The position numbers were made by a program, and so were the translations under genes. This document shows, piece by piece, positions 50,872 through 60,500 of a DNA stretch of 64,000 bases. Under the pieces are notes generated by a model that made no database searches, had not been told where the DNA came from, and saw only the letters and a program-made list of their open reading frames with translations. Source of the stretch: Bacteroidia bacterium (GTDB lineage: Bacteria; Bacteroidota; Bacteroidia; M30B66); the NCBI GenBank assembly GCA_965279035.1, contig OZ257142.1:2016001-2080000 (forward strand). Direction: 5' to 3'. Numbering within the stretch: the stretch's first letter is position 1; each line of letters opens with the position of its first letter.

Positions 50872-52089
50872 TTGAAAATTCTCTTTCTATCCTATGATGG
50901 CATGACTGATCCACTTGGACAATCGCAAGTTATCCCATATTTACAGGGATTATCAGCAGCTGGTCACCAGGTTTGGCTTATGAGCTTCGAAAAACCAGAA
51001 CGCTACCTTCAAGGGAAAGAGTTTGTTTCTTCACTTTTAAAATCATCTACTATTCATTGGCTTCCTCAACTATATCGATCAAAACCTCCTGTAATTTCTA
51101 CATTATTGGATGTTCGTACGATGAGAAAAAAAGCCTACGAATGCATTCAGCTTAATCAAATTGATGTTCTGCATTGTAGAAGTTATATTTCTGCTTTAGT
51201 TGGTCAATCGGCTAAAAAGAAATTTGGAACCCGTTTCATATTTGATATGCGCGGATTCTGGGCCGATGAACGCGTGGATGGTGGAATTTGGAATCTGAAA
51301 AATCCGCTCTTTAAAACCATTTACAACTTCTTCAAATCGAAAGAGAAACAATTTCTTCTTCAAGCAGATACTACCGTTTCTCTTACTAAAAATGCTTCTG
51401 CCGAAATTCACTCTTGGAAAGGATTTGAAACTATTCCCATAAAGGTTATTCCCTGTTGTGCCGATTTGACACTTTATAAAAGACCTAGTGATGAAGCAAT
51501 TTTAGCAAAGCGAAAAGAATTGGGAATCTCAAACGATCAATTTGTATTAACCTATTTAGGATCATTAGGAACCTGGTACATGTTGCCCGAAATGATTCTC
51601 TTTTTTAAAGTATTGCTTCAAACAAAACCCAATGCTCGTTTTTTATTTATCACGGGAGATCATCCTCAGATGGTCACAGATGAAGCAAAGCGACAACAAA
51701 TTCCAGAATACCATTTTATCATTCAAAAATCTTCAAGAAATGAAGTGCCTCTTTGGGCTTCTATTGGAAATGCTTCGATCTTTTTTATCAAACCACTCTA
51801 TTCTAAAAAAGCCTCTTCTCCAACAAAAATGGGCGAATTAATGGCTTTAGGCATGCCCATAATTTGTAACAATCGGGTAGGTGATGTGGAAAGCATTCTT
51901 CAAGATGGTGGAAATGGTGTCATTGTGAAAAATTTCACTTCACCAGATTTTGAAACTGCAATCCAGCAATTAAATTCAGTTCTAATTCAAAATCCCGAAA
52001 ATTCTATTCAATGTGCCTATCGTCATTATTCACTTTCTGATGGTATTGATCGATATAATGGAATTTATTCTCAATGGATTTACTCATGA
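50872..52089 (+). CDS. Glycosyltransferase family 4
   Basis: TTG start; HCRSY, FDMRGFWADER, IPCCAD, YLGSLGTWY, SPTKMGELMALGMPII.N..VGD; TAAATTTG box at 50829-50836. Confidence 0.88.
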   Translation: MKILFLSYDGMTDPLGQSQVIPYLQGLSAAGHQVWLMSFEKPERYLQGKEFVSSLLKSSTIHWLPQLYRSKPPVISTLLDVRTMRKKAYECIQLNQIDVLHCRSYISALVGQSAKKKFGTRFIFDMRGFWADERVDGGIWNLKNPLFKTIYNFFKSKEKQFLLQADTTVSLTKNASAEIHSWKGFETIPIKVIPCCADLTLYKRPSDEAILAKRKELGISNDQFVLTYLGSLGTWYMLPEMILFFKVLLQTKPNARFLFITGDHPQMVTDEAKRQQIPEYHFIIQKSSRNEVPLWASIGNASIFFIKPLYSKKASSPTKMGELMALGMPIICNNRVGDVESILQDGGNGVIVKNFTSPDFETAIQQLNSVLIQNPENSIQCAYRHYSLSDGIDRYNGIYSQWIYS

Positions 52090-52553
52090 TGATACGGGTG
52101 ATTATTTAAAATCGTCATGGCTCGATACATCTGTTCTAAAAACAATAATCGAATTAATTGATGCGAAAAAGTCATATCTGACAAGGAAAGTTGATGTGCT
52201 GCTTTTCTATACACCGCTTCTGAAAAACCAAATGCTCCTCCAATAACAAACACCAATTGCTTTTGTCCTTGATTCATTTGTCCTTGAATAAAATCAGCAA
52301 AACCTGTTGATGGATAGGATTTTCCTCTTTCGTCCAATAATATTAAACGATCATCCGGCTTGATTTTACTCAATATCAATTCTCCTTCTTTTAATTTTAA
52401 CTGATCTGCCGATAAAGATGCTGCTTGCTTTAATGAAGGAATTGTTTCAATGGAAAAGGGTAAATAATTTTTTATACGTTGTTCATAAAATTCAATTCCC
52501 TGAACTAGGTAGCCTTGTTGTGTCTTGCCTATTTGCAACAATTTTATTTTCAT
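52080..52553 (-). CDS. rlmH: 23S rRNA (pseudouridine-1915-N3)-methyltransferase
   Basis: LDERGK..S..FA, FVIGGAFGFS, SLSDMTFSHQLIRL.FLEQ.YRA.TI....PYHHE. Confidence 0.96.
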   Translation of the reverse strand: MKIKLLQIGKTQQGYLVQGIEFYEQRIKNYLPFSIETIPSLKQAASLSADQLKLKEGELILSKIKPDDRLILLDERGKSYPSTGFADFIQGQMNQGQKQLVFVIGGAFGFSEAVYRKAAHQLSLSDMTFSHQLIRLLFLEQMYRAMTILNNHPYHHE

Positions 52554-52557
52554 TCAA

Positions 52558-52618
52558 CAAATGTATAAAATGAAGATACTCTTGCTTGATCCGAAGTTCC
52601 GAAATACAACTATATTTG
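52558..52618. promoter_or_regulatory. Divergent -7 promoter boxes (TACATTTG minus for rlmH; TATATTTG plus for DUF4783-nadC operon)
   Basis: Exact TAnnTTTG at 52558-52565 (-) and 52611-52618 (+). Confidence 0.65.
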
Positions 52619-52683
52619 CATTCGAAGTCTGCTGTGGATAAGGCGTCTGGCTTAATTATTGATTTTTCTGGCAAAACAATCGC

Positions 52684-53073
52684 ATGAGGTCATTCCTAAT
52701 CATTTTCCTAACAATCACAATGGGTTTCGCTCCATTGTCGGTGGATATAGGAAATGACATTGCAGCAGCCATTCGCGCTGGGAATGCTCGTCAACTTTCA
52801 GGATTTTTTAATAATAATGTCGATCTTACTGTTCTTGGTAAGGAAGAAATGTATTCCAAAGCCCAAGCAGAACAAATCCTTCGCGACTTCTTCCAAAAAA
52901 ATGCTCCGCGTAGTTTCAACTTAAAACACCATTCGAGCAATCCAACTTCTGCTCAATATGGAATTGGTACCTACATCAGCATTCAAAATGCGCGATTCCG
53001 TATTTATTTCCTGATTAAGAAAATTGGAAATCAGTCATTCATACAGCAGTTTAGCATCGAACCCGAAATCTAA
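52684..53073 (+). CDS. DUF4783-like secreted protein
   Basis: I..AIR.GNA..L..FF...V.L......YSK.QAEQIL.DFF..N.P..F...H pattern; upstream of nadC. Confidence 0.75.
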   Translation: MRSFLIIFLTITMGFAPLSVDIGNDIAAAIRAGNARQLSGFFNNNVDLTVLGKEEMYSKAQAEQILRDFFQKNAPRSFNLKHHSSNPTSAQYGIGTYISIQNARFRIYFLIKKIGNQSFIQQFSIEPEI

Positions 53074-53076
53074 ATC

Positions 53077-53934
53077 ATGACCTTTAGCCAACAACAGGAA
53101 AAGCTCATCGAAGCTCTTATTCTACTTTCATTAGCCGAAGATGTTGGTCCTGGTGATTATACAACCTTAGCTACGGTTCCAACTAACATCACTCAAAAAG
53201 CCAAACTCATAGTAAAAGAGGATGGGATTTTATGTGGAGTTGATATCGCTCGACGTGTGATGAAAGCAGTTGATCCCGAAATGACCATGGAACAACTCTT
53301 AAAAGAGGGTGATTCCATGCAAAAAGGCGATATCGCATTTTACATTACAGGAAAACCCGGTTCCATTTTAACTGCCGAACGTTTATTACTCAATTGCATG
53401 CAGCGAATGAGCGGCATTGCTACGTATACGCGAAAATTGGTCAATCTCATTCAGGATACAAAAGCAACATTAATCGATACACGAAAAACTTCACCTGGAA
53501 TGCGTGTTTTGGAAAAATGGGCTGTTCATACCGGTGGTGGAGGAAATCATCGCATGGGTTTATATGATATGATCATGATCAAGGACAATCACATCGATTT
53601 TGCCGGTGGAATTACTCAAGCCATTGATCGTGTGCATGCTTTCTTGAAAGAAAAAAACCTTTCTCTCCAAATCGAAATTGAAGCCCGATCACTAGAAGAT
53701 GTGAAAACGATTGTTGCTCATGGTGGAGTAAATCGCATCATGCTCGATAATTTCAATCCCTCGCAAATTCGTGAAGCACTTCCAGTCATTCCTTCATCAT
53801 TCGAAATAGAAGCTTCTGGTGGAATCAATGAAACGAACTTGCGCGATTATGCTTTAACAGGTGTTCAATTTATATCCATGGGTGCTTTGACTCACCAAGT
53901 GCGTAGTTTGGACCTAAGTCTAAAAGCCTGCTGA
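53077..53934 (+). CDS. nadC: Nicotinate-nucleotide diphosphorylase (carboxylating)
   Basis: EDVGPGD.TT, ERLLLN..QRMSGIAT, DTRKT.PG.R, HRMGLYD..MIKDNH, IMLDN, EASGGI. Confidence 0.96.
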   Translation: MTFSQQQEKLIEALILLSLAEDVGPGDYTTLATVPTNITQKAKLIVKEDGILCGVDIARRVMKAVDPEMTMEQLLKEGDSMQKGDIAFYITGKPGSILTAERLLLNCMQRMSGIATYTRKLVNLIQDTKATLIDTRKTSPGMRVLEKWAVHTGGGGNHRMGLYDMIMIKDNHIDFAGGITQAIDRVHAFLKEKNLSLQIEIEARSLEDVKTIVAHGGVNRIMLDNFNPSQIREALPVIPSSFEIEASGGINETNLRDYALTGVQFISMGALTHQVRSLDLSLKAC

Positions 53935-54893
53935 TGTTTCGGAAATTCAGACAATGGGTGTATCACTTGCCCATCATTCATGGGTTTTTACGGTTTTTAT
54001 CGCATGTAAGTCTACCCGGATTCAAAGAAATCTCTCTGCTCGATGTGGCGATGCAGTTTAAAATTAGTCTTACAAGCTCTCGAATATCCATGCGGGCTTC
54101 GGCAGTTTCATTCAATTTCTTTTTAGCCATATTCCCAACCATCATTTTCTTATTTACCCTTACTGCCTATCTGCCCATTGCCGATTTTCAAGAACAATTG
54201 CTCAATGCACTTGAAAGAGTCCTTCCCCATAATTCTTTCCTCGCAGTAAGAACTACAATCCTCGATATTATCAGCATCAAGCGCGATGGACTACTTTCCT
54301 TTGGGGCAATTTTAGCCTTGTTTTATGCTACCAATGGAATGAACTCCATCATACAATCTTTCAACGCAAGTATTTTTATCAAAGAATCCCGTCCTGCTTG
54401 GAAAATCCACTTAGTCTCTTTAGCGCTCACCATTATTTTATCGCTCCTTCTTGTACTCGCATTTACACTCATGGTAGTGACCAATTTTGGACTTGATTAT
54501 CTCATCAAACACCACATCATCACCTACGGAATCAACTACAAACTCATTTGGTTGGGGAAATGGTTGATATTTTATTCCCTGTTATTTTTCTCTGTTGCTT
54601 TTCTCTATTACCTCGGTCCATCTAAAAATGCACGCACAGGATTTTTCTCCATTGGTGCACTTGCAACCAGCTTTCTCATTCTCCTTTTATTAATTGGTTT
54701 CTCCTTCTTTGTTGGGAATTTCGGAACGTATAATACAGTCTATGGTTCAGTAGGTGCACTCATTGCCGTGATGGTGTTGATTAACCTCAATGCCATGCTA
54801 TTGCTTTCGGGTTACGAATTCAATGCGGTTGTTTATCATCTTCATCGAAAAAGAAAAGGAAGGAAATCTTCCGATGAAGCGAATCTTTCCTAA
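53934..54893 (+). CDS. YihY/virulence factor BrkB family membrane protein
   Basis: ASAVSFNFFLAIFP, YATNGM, YNTVYGSVGALI..M..., G.EFNA. Confidence 0.9.
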   Translation: MFRKFRQWVYHLPIIHGFLRFLSHVSLPGFKEISLLDVAMQFKISLTSSRISMRASAVSFNFFLAIFPTIIFLFTLTAYLPIADFQEQLLNALERVLPHNSFLAVRTTILDIISIKRDGLLSFGAILALFYATNGMNSIIQSFNASIFIKESRPAWKIHLVSLALTIILSLLLVLAFTLMVVTNFGLDYLIKHHIITYGINYKLIWLGKWLIFYSLLFFSVAFLYYLGPSKNARTGFFSIGALATSFLILLLLIGFSFFVGNFGTYNTVYGSVGALIAVMVLINLNAMLLLSGYEFNAVVYHLHRKRKGRKSSDEANLS

Positions 54894-54926
54894 GCATTCA
54901 CTATTTTTCGCTTAAATTCTTTCTGC

Positions 54927-57900
54927 ATGCGATTACTTCGACTGTGTATTTACTTCTGTGTTTTGACTCCGTCATTACTTCAAAGTCAAAATTCATCCTA
55001 CGATCCAATTCATCCACCCAATACTTATCAAAATTCAGATAACCCGAATTATTGGAAAAATCGCAAACCATTTCCCGGCTACTGGCAGCAAGATGTTCAA
55101 TACACCATCAAAGCCAAAGTCGATGAAAAAACCGATATCGTAACAGCTACCGAAGAACTCATTTATTGGAACAATTCACCCGATACATTGAATTTTGTTT
55201 ACTTCCATTTGTATCAAAATGCATTTCAACCTGGTTCCTATTGTTCAGCTCTTCACGATGCGAATGATTATCCACTTGTATATGGTCCATACGAGAAAGA
55301 GAAACTAGGTACAGTCGTTTCGAATTTAAAAGTAGCTGGACAAGAAGTAAAAACCGAACTCGATAATACTATTCTAAAGGTATTTCTACCACAGCCATTG
55401 TTGCCCAATTCATCGGTCAGCTTTAGCATGGATTTTAAAACCTATTTCGATTATCAAGGAAGCATTCGCCGAAGAATGAAGGAATTCGGATCCTATGGTT
55501 CAAAGCATTATGATGGTGTGCATTGGTATCCGCGAATGGATGTGTATGATCGAAAATTTGGTTGGTGTACCGATCAACATTTGGGGAAAGAATTTTATGG
55601 CGATTTTGGAACCTACGATGTAGAACTAGAATTCTCCGATAACTATGTCATGGAAGCAACCGGTTTCCTGTTAAATAAGGAGGAAGTTTTACCAGCCGAT
55701 TTACGTCAGAAACTTGACATCAAAAATTTCGCTAATAAACCTTGGGAAGAAACACCATCCATCGTCACTCCTTACAATCCCGCCAAGCGGAAAACCTGGA
55801 AGTTTCACGCCGAAAATGTGCACGATTTTGCTTGGACTGCCGATCCTAATTACCGCATAGGTGAAGCACAATGGAATGGAATTCAAATCATCTCTTTGGT
55901 TCAAGAACCTCATGCTGCACGTTGGCAAAATGCGGCTGATTACACAGCCAAAATCATCGAAACATACAGTCGCGATTTTGGAATGTACGTGTATAATAAA
56001 ATGGTCGTTGCCGATGCACGCGATGGAATGGAATATCCCATGCTTACCCTCGATGGTGGAGCCGATCCAAACTACCGTGGATTATTAGCTCATGAAGTTG
56101 GACATAATTGGTTCTTCGGTATGGTAGGAAATAACGAAACATACCGTGCTTCATTAGACGAAGGTTTTACTCAGTTTCTAACCGTTTGGGCACAAGAACA
56201 CATCGACGGGCCATATGCATTCAAAGGAAAATTCGCTAATAAATACGTTGAGAAATACACCAAACCTGAGGAAGTTCGCTATGCTCGCGCCATGTATGGC
56301 TATATACGTGATGCGATTCGCGAAGACGAAACAACACTCAATACGCATTCCGATGATTTCCAAGGTGCAGTTGGTCATGGCGGAGGATATGGAAGTGTGT
56401 ATTATAAAACAGCAAGCATGTTGTTCAATCTTCAATATGTTTTGGGCGATACCTTGTTTTCCAATGCGATGAAGAATTATTTCAACGAATGGAAAATTGC
56501 CCATCCCTATTTTGAAGATTTCCGAAATTCAATCATTCATTACACGCATTCTGATTTAAATTGGTTTTTCGACCAATGGCTTGAAACATCCAAAGTGATT
56601 GATTACAAAGTGAAGCGGGTGAAAAATAAAGGGGATGGTATCTATTCAATCACTTTCAAACGCAAAGGCTCTATGCAAATGCCTATCGATTTCTCGGTCT
56701 TCGATGTGGATGGAAAACGTTACGATTATTACATTCCTAATAATTGGTTCGAAAAGAAAACATCTGCAACACATCTGCCGCGCTGGATTGGTTGGGGTGT
56801 GTTAAATCCAAGCTACACTGCTCAAGTGAAGATCGATGCAAAATTATCCAATGTTGTTATCGACACATCTGGACGATTGGCCGACATCAACCGCCTCGAC
56901 AACGCTCGAAAATTACCCAATATCGTTCGCTTCGATTCGCGTGTTTCGAATACACCCGATTGGCATCAGTATGAATTTAACATTCGCCCTGATCTATGGT
57001 ATAACTTCTACGATGGATTCAAATTCGGTTTCCATATCAACGGTAATTACATGAATTACAAGCATGTTTTTGATGCTACCTTTTGGTTAAATACAGGTTT
57101 ACAAAAAATAAAACCCGGCTTTGATCAGGATTATAGCAGCTTCAATCCATTTTCATTTAAAGTAAACTATACCAATCCAACTGATAAAATCCTCAAAGGT
57201 TCATCCTTCAATGCATCTGTGCGATATCTCGATGGTTTGGCTGCAGCGCAAGTAGGCATGCGTTTTCAAAATCGTAAGAAAAACACCACGTTTTATAGCT
57301 ATTTCAAAAGCATGGTGCGTCCAGATTCATCGGATATTTATTATTTAGTTAATCGCTCAGAGTGGAATCCACGTCGATGGAATAACACACTTAACCTTGG
57401 TTTAGATCATGAGTATTCCTACAAACGAGGTTCAGGGAAAATGAATCTCCACATGCGCACCAGCGGTCCAGGTTCCGATTACGACTATTCTCAATTAAGT
57501 ATGACGGTTGTTAATTATAACCGACTTGGTAAATTCAATTTCAATACACGCTTTTTCGCACAAATTGGAACGGGACAAAATGTAGCACCCGAATCGGCAT
57601 TGTTTCTTGCTGGTGCAAATCCTGAAAGTATGATGGATAATAAATTCACCCGTTCGGTTGGATTCTTTCCGCAAGATTGGAATGGTTTCGGAAATACAAC
57701 AAATCATTTTCAATATGGTGGCGGACTCAATCTACGCGGATATGCTGGATACTTAGCACCATTTCAACGTGCCGATGGAAAAATTGTCCCAGTGTATAAA
57801 GGGAATTCAGGTGCTGCTGTCAATGCTGAATTGGAATTCGATCGACTCTTTCCCATTCGTCCTAAATTCACGCGCAACTGGTTAAAAATAAACACCTATC

Positions 57901-58139
57901 TCTTTGGTGATGCTGGCTTCCTACAATCAAATCTACCGGGCGAAAAAATGGCTTTTGCAAAACCACGCGCCGATGCAGGATTAGGAATCGCTTTCACCAT
58001 TAAGAAATGGGGACCACTAAGTCTCGAAAAGCCAATTACATTCCGTTTCGATATGCCGTTTTTCCTAAGCAGCACACCCAAAGTTTCTCCCGACTATGTG
58101 CAAATGCGCTGGCTTGTAGGAGTAAATCGAGCTTTTTAA
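54927..58139 (+). CDS. M1 family zinc aminopeptidase with long C-terminal (probably beta-barrel) extension
   Basis: Signal peptide; NVHDFAW, DGMEYP, HEVGH...LDEG, YYKT, WFFDQW; amphipathic beta-strand C-terminus ending in Phe. Confidence 0.88.
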   Translation: MRLLRLCIYFCVLTPSLLQSQNSSYDPIHPPNTYQNSDNPNYWKNRKPFPGYWQQDVQYTIKAKVDEKTDIVTATEELIYWNNSPDTLNFVYFHLYQNAFQPGSYCSALHDANDYPLVYGPYEKEKLGTVVSNLKVAGQEVKTELDNTILKVFLPQPLLPNSSVSFSMDFKTYFDYQGSIRRRMKEFGSYGSKHYDGVHWYPRMDVYDRKFGWCTDQHLGKEFYGDFGTYDVELEFSDNYVMEATGFLLNKEEVLPADLRQKLDIKNFANKPWEETPSIVTPYNPAKRKTWKFHAENVHDFAWTADPNYRIGEAQWNGIQIISLVQEPHAARWQNAADYTAKIIETYSRDFGMYVYNKMVVADARDGMEYPMLTLDGGADPNYRGLLAHEVGHNWFFGMVGNNETYRASLDEGFTQFLTVWAQEHIDGPYAFKGKFANKYVEKYTKPEEVRYARAMYGYIRDAIREDETTLNTHSDDFQGAVGHGGGYGSVYYKTASMLFNLQYVLGDTLFSNAMKNYFNEWKIAHPYFEDFRNSIIHYTHSDLNWFFDQWLETSKVIDYKVKRVKNKGDGIYSITFKRKGSMQMPIDFSVFDVDGKRYDYYIPNNWFEKKTSATHLPRWIGWGVLNPSYTAQVKIDAKLSNVVIDTSGRLADINRLDNARKLPNIVRFDSRVSNTPDWHQYEFNIRPDLWYNFYDGFKFGFHINGNYMNYKHVFDATFWLNTGLQKIKPGFDQDYSSFNPFSFKVNYTNPTDKILKGSSFNASVRYLDGLAAAQVGMRFQNRKKNTTFYSYFKSMVRPDSSDIYYLVNRSEWNPRRWNNTLNLGLDHEYSYKRGSGKMNLHMRTSGPGSDYDYSQLSMTVVNYNRLGKFNFNTRFFAQIGTGQNVAPESALFLAGANPESMMDNKFTRSVGFFPQDWNGFGNTTNHFQYGGGLNLRGYAGYLAPFQRADGKIVPVYKGNSGAAVNAELEFDRLFPIRPKFTRNWLKINTYLFGDAGFLQSNLPGEKMAFAKPRADAGLGIAFTIKKWGPLSLEKPITFRFDMPFFLSSTPKVSPDYVQMRWLVGVNRAF

Positions 58140-58195
58140 TATTTTTAAATAGATACTCATATATCGTAGCTGTTTCGTTTAAAATTCACTTATAA

Positions 58196-58880
58196 GAACT
58201 TCGCTCTTCCTTTCTTGTATCACGGCAAGAAAGAAAGACGTCGTAGACATTCATGTGAAGATTCAAATGAAAACTAAATCTCGAATTGTCTAAAGTGTTT
58301 ATTGACACTAAAATGCAAACACGAATCAAGCGCATCGGCTTTGTCTGGGCGGCGAGGCAGCGATTCGTCATTCCATAGAAAAATAAAGCAACCAGCACAC
58401 TGGGCGAAAAAAGGCATTGCGCGCTGAAGCATCGTCCAGACTTGAACTTCTTTGCATGCACGCTGAGCTTGTCGAAGCGTGTGTCAAGACAAGAATTACC
58501 ACGTCGTAGACATTCATGTAAAACCTCAAAAGAAAACGAACGTTCAAATTTTCATGAATGTTTATTGACACTAAAATGCAAACACGAATCAAGCGCATCG
58601 GCAATGTCTGGACGGCGAGGCAGCGTTTCGCCATTCCTTAGAAAAATACAACTACCAGCACACTGGGCGAAAAAAGGCCTTTTGCGCGGGGAAGCATCGT
58701 CCAGACTTGAACTTCTTTGCTTCCTTTCTTTGTTTCAAGACATGAAAGGAAGACGTTGTAGACATTCATGTTAAGATCCAAATGAAAACAAGATCTCGAA
58801 TTTCCCAGAATGTTTATTGACACTAAAATGCAAACACGAATCAAGCGCGTCGGCAATGTCTGGGCGGCGAGGCAGCGTTT
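58196..58880. repeat. Tandem array of ~250-265-nt structured intergenic repeats (2 full and 1 partial copy)
   Basis: Units 58196-58443, 58444-58708, 58709-58880; identical 38-nt core TGTTTATTGACACTAAAATGCAAACACGAATCAAGCGC at 58296, 58559, 58811; several conserved stems. Confidence 0.88.
58461..58481. repeat. Single REP-like element within array unit 2
   Basis: CGCTGAGCTTGTCGAAGCGTG is the exact reverse complement of 27948-27968. Confidence 0.85.
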
Positions 58881-58969
58881 AACACAAATAAGAAAATTAG
58901 ATTGGGGGCATGAACCGGGCTTTACGCGGTGCACGGCACCTTGCTTCAATCCCTTGCCCTAACGTTAAA

Positions 58970-60442
58970 CTAGGAATCTTTCTTAAAAAACGGCAACATC
59001 GTTTTCAAATCATCCGCAGCGCGACTGTACCAAATCAAAATTCCGTAAATGATTCCGGCAACAAGACTATGTGAAGCGACATCAGCAATCACATTTCCAA
59101 AAAGAGGAAGTATACTCGAAACTCCATAGCTAATAACAATGGCCAATGCAATAAACAGAGTTCGTTTATCAAATGGTTGCAACTTAAATCGACTATAAAT
59201 AAATAAATACTTAAATAAATTATATGTAAAACTTGCTAAACAGGTTGCCCATGCAGCACCTTCAATTCCAAAACGAGGTATGAAAACATACAGTAAAACA
59301 AGATTTAAAATAGCAACCATAACCAAAGCAATGGCTCCACTACTAAATCGATTGCTATTAAAAATAATGGCTGTATTCGAACCTGTCATTAAATTAAATA
59401 AAGCAGCCAAGCTCAAAATCCCAACAACAGGAACACCTTGATAATAGGTCGATGGCAACCATTTAAATAAATAAGGAGCATTCAATGTAACAAGCAAAAA
59501 CAAAATTCCACCTAATAGAAATAAATACCTCGCCGATTTGTAATAGATATCTTGAATGTTCGCCATATCATTTTTTTCCCAGGCATGCGCTACACGAACA
59601 TTGGCAATTTTATCTAGTGCATTCACAGGTGCTTCAATAAAAGTTGGAATGAAAGAAGCAATACCATAAACACCTACTAATGCCAAAGGAACAAACTGCC
59701 CAAGCACAATAGAATCCAATAGTTTTATAGCCATTGAAGCAATACCAGCAAAGAATACGGTCCAACCATACACCAGCATTTCTTTAATTAGTGGTTTTGT
59801 AATAAATCCCCAATCGGGTTTTAAGGAAATATGACCAACACGAATGGCTTGAATGATTAAGATGACAAGCTGTAAAATAAATGTCCCAACATAGGCTGAA
59901 ACAAATCCACTCAAGTTTATTAATCCCGAAGAATAAATCAGGATAAGAGCAATAAAAAAAACGCGAATGAGCACTTCTTGGCCAAGTGCAGGTAGTAGTG
60001 GACGAAATACTGAAAAGAGATAATTATTAAAAACAGCAATTAAACAAAGAACGATCGACAGTGGAAATACCCAAAAAAAGTAACGAACAAACAAGGCTGA
60101 TTCTTGAATGTATAAACCTACAAATGCATCTTTAAATAAATAGAGTAGGGGCAAACAAAGCAAACAACCAACTAGCGGGAACAATAATAGAAATCCAAGA
60201 AATCCCTTATGGTTCGATGCAGCATCTCGGAATCTTGGGAAAAAGCGTGTCGTAATATTTCCACCACTCATCGGTAAAATGGTCGATACGAGAAACGAAA
60301 AGGAATATAAAACACGTGTCAAACCAATTTCTTCTGGACTTAAAAAAAAAGGCTGCAACACCAACAAACTGAACATCCCTACCACAATACCCGTGTAGGT
60401 GATAACAGTACTTTGGATACCTTGTCGTTGGATTACGCCCAT
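58970..60442 (-). CDS. Oligosaccharide flippase (Wzx / polysaccharide biosynthesis family)
   Basis: About 12-14 TM helices, MGVIQRQGI..T.ITY.G, EEIGL.R.L, D.I.LG....LA.VGVY.IA, IPRFGIEGAAWAT. Confidence 0.87.
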   Translation of the reverse strand: MGVIQRQGIQSTVITYTGIVVGMFSLLVLQPFFLSPEEIGLTRVLYSFSFLVSTILPMSGGNITTRFFPRFRDAASNHKGFLGFLLLFPLVGCLLCLPLLYLFKDAFVGLYIQESALFVRYFFWVFPLSIVLCLIAVFNNYLFSVFRPLLPALGQEVLIRVFFIALILIYSSGLINLSGFVSAYVGTFILQLVILIIQAIRVGHISLKPDWGFITKPLIKEMLVYGWTVFFAGIASMAIKLLDSIVLGQFVPLALVGVYGIASFIPTFIEAPVNALDKIANVRVAHAWEKNDMANIQDIYYKSARYLFLLGGILFLLVTLNAPYLFKWLPSTYYQGVPVVGILSLAALFNLMTGSNTAIIFNSNRFSSGAIALVMVAILNLVLLYVFIPRFGIEGAAWATCLASFTYNLFKYLFIYSRFKLQPFDKRTLFIALAIVISYGVSSILPLFGNVIADVASHSLVAGIIYGILIWYSRAADDLKTMLPFFKKDS

Positions 60443-60500
60443 GCTGATGCAAGGTTAGTGAAATTGATGAATTATATATCAAGAACCAACTTTAAGTAAT

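Noticed and set aside
58196-58880. CRISPR-like array with variable spacers
   Set aside because: The variable loops are homologous to each other (units 1 and 3 especially), so they are diverged copies rather than acquired spacers.
58186-58949. Four short ORFs (91-110 aa) over the 58-kb repeat array
   Set aside because: They overlap on both strands and have inconsistent starts and ends between copies; they are best explained as by-products of a non-coding repeat.
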